NCBI RefSeq assembly: GCF_000981445.1
Contig: NC_027218.1
Location: 310,001 to 374,000, forward strand
Length of the DNA: 64,000 nucleotides
Direction: 5' to 3'
Origin: Babesia bigemina
Lineage: Eukaryota
A program made the position numbers and the translations under genes. Under the pieces are notes generated by a model. It had not been told where the DNA came from. It searched no databases and saw nothing but the letters and a program-made list of their open reading frames with translations. Position 1 is the stretch's first letter, and the number at the start of each line of letters is the position of its first letter. Shown piece after piece: positions 63,032-64,000 of the stretch.

Positions 63032-64000
63032 ATGAACACCGGCGAGGTAAGTGTTTAATGAGTCGCCGTGGCCGACTAAATTCCTATGGCGAATCACGCG
63101 TGCTTACATATGTTCTGAGGGTATTTCGGGTCTGTTATAGGTTTGTAATCTGTGCTTCGTCCGGGTTGATGCAACGTTGTTATGGTTTTAAGATTTTGGA
63201 CTCAATGTCCATATTTTTGCCATCTACACACTAACTTTGCTTGCTTAAAGTAGTAAACCGCTGAAATCGATCTTCACTCACTGGCGAATTCAATTTTTTT
63301 TGCCTCGTATCATGCGTCTATTGCTGACCTGTTGCATGTGTATATATTGCCCGTGATTTGCAAGTCTTACAATCATTTTTGCAATTAATTGTAATACTGT
63401 GGAATATGATATACACTTGTTCGTTATGCTCTGATTTTTGCGTATAATGGTGTTTGCAGCCAACAAATGTGGATACCGAAGATGATCTCGAGGACTGGTT
63501 GGAAAGCGAGCTGCTACCAGCTGGCGCGATAACCGTTCCCGAGGATCTGCATCTCCCGTCTAAAATACGATGGATAGTTAGCGACGGCGCAAATGTGGTT
63601 GAAAACCAGGTTCTAGCAACATTTTCTTTTGTCGAGAATGCCAGTGGCATTGGAAAGGAGCATGTTAAGTCGACAAACAGCGACGACGGCGTCGAGGTGG
63701 CTTCAATAGTTTCTGGACGTGAAGATACTGATACATCGCGGTCGTTGCCATCAGAATCTGGTGACGCCTGCGTCTCCACAAAAGCATACGAGTTGGATGG
63801 ACCATCGCACCGGAGCTCCTTGTCCAACACGCAGGCCGACACTACAGATTCCAAGGCTGTAATATCTGCACTCACCAACGGATCACGCGGGGTATCTATT
63901 GAACTTGTCGGGAGGGCAACAGAGGGATCATTCGTGTTAAGGTCCGTCAGGCATGGCACACTCAGACACAGGGTCCCGACTGACACAGTCATCGAAGACT
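63032..64000 (+). CDS. 5' part of a gene running off the window; possibly FCP1-like CTD phosphatase
   Basis: MNTGE then GTAAGT...TTGCAG (63459), followed by PTNVDTEDDLEDWLESELLPAGAITVPEDLHLPSKIRWIVSDGANVVENQVLATFSF..., open to 64000. It resembles an FCP1 N-terminal barrel-sandwich segment; no catalytic motif is visible. Confidence 0.5.

Noticed and set aside
63318..63992. 224-aa minus-strand ORF
   Set aside because: Antisense shadow of the plus-strand spliced gene, which has proper splice signals and more protein-like composition.

Overview
Gene-dense, intron-rich eukaryotic DNA, most consistent with a Babesia (piroplasm, Apicomplexa) chromosome near a subtelomere. The evidence is short GT-AG introns, a Babesia-type 6-Cys relic and an ApiAP2-type domain; the species cannot be determined from this window. 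Bases 1-4245 are a GC-rich tandem array of ~826-bp units (five full-period units, one of them internally deleted, plus a partial sixth). A stop-riddled 6-Cys (s48/45) pseudogene follows at ~5.4-6.0 kb. Housekeeping genes run from ~7.5 kb: MOG1, SEC61A, V-ATPase E, a small AP2-domain protein, tRNA-Ile, FPPS/GGPPS, MBF1, TFIIF-beta, SUMO E1 AOS1, a PDK1-like kinase, NF-YB, Yip1, GPI8, an HCF101/Mrp ATPase, RPS5 (hosting a snR60/U80-like C/D snoRNA), an atypical ARF-like GTPase, a large PKD/TRP-like membrane protein, COX17, BCNT/SWC5, bL35m, two tRNA-Val, COQ10, a DDX5-like helicase, SPT5, and several hypothetical proteins. The main unexplained feature is a 276-bp hairpin-rich element present twice, 18.2 kb apart, with only 2 mismatches and a shared flanking motif. 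It is a candidate novel multicopy ncRNA or dispersed element. All exon structures and family assignments were made by eye and are not backed by database searches.
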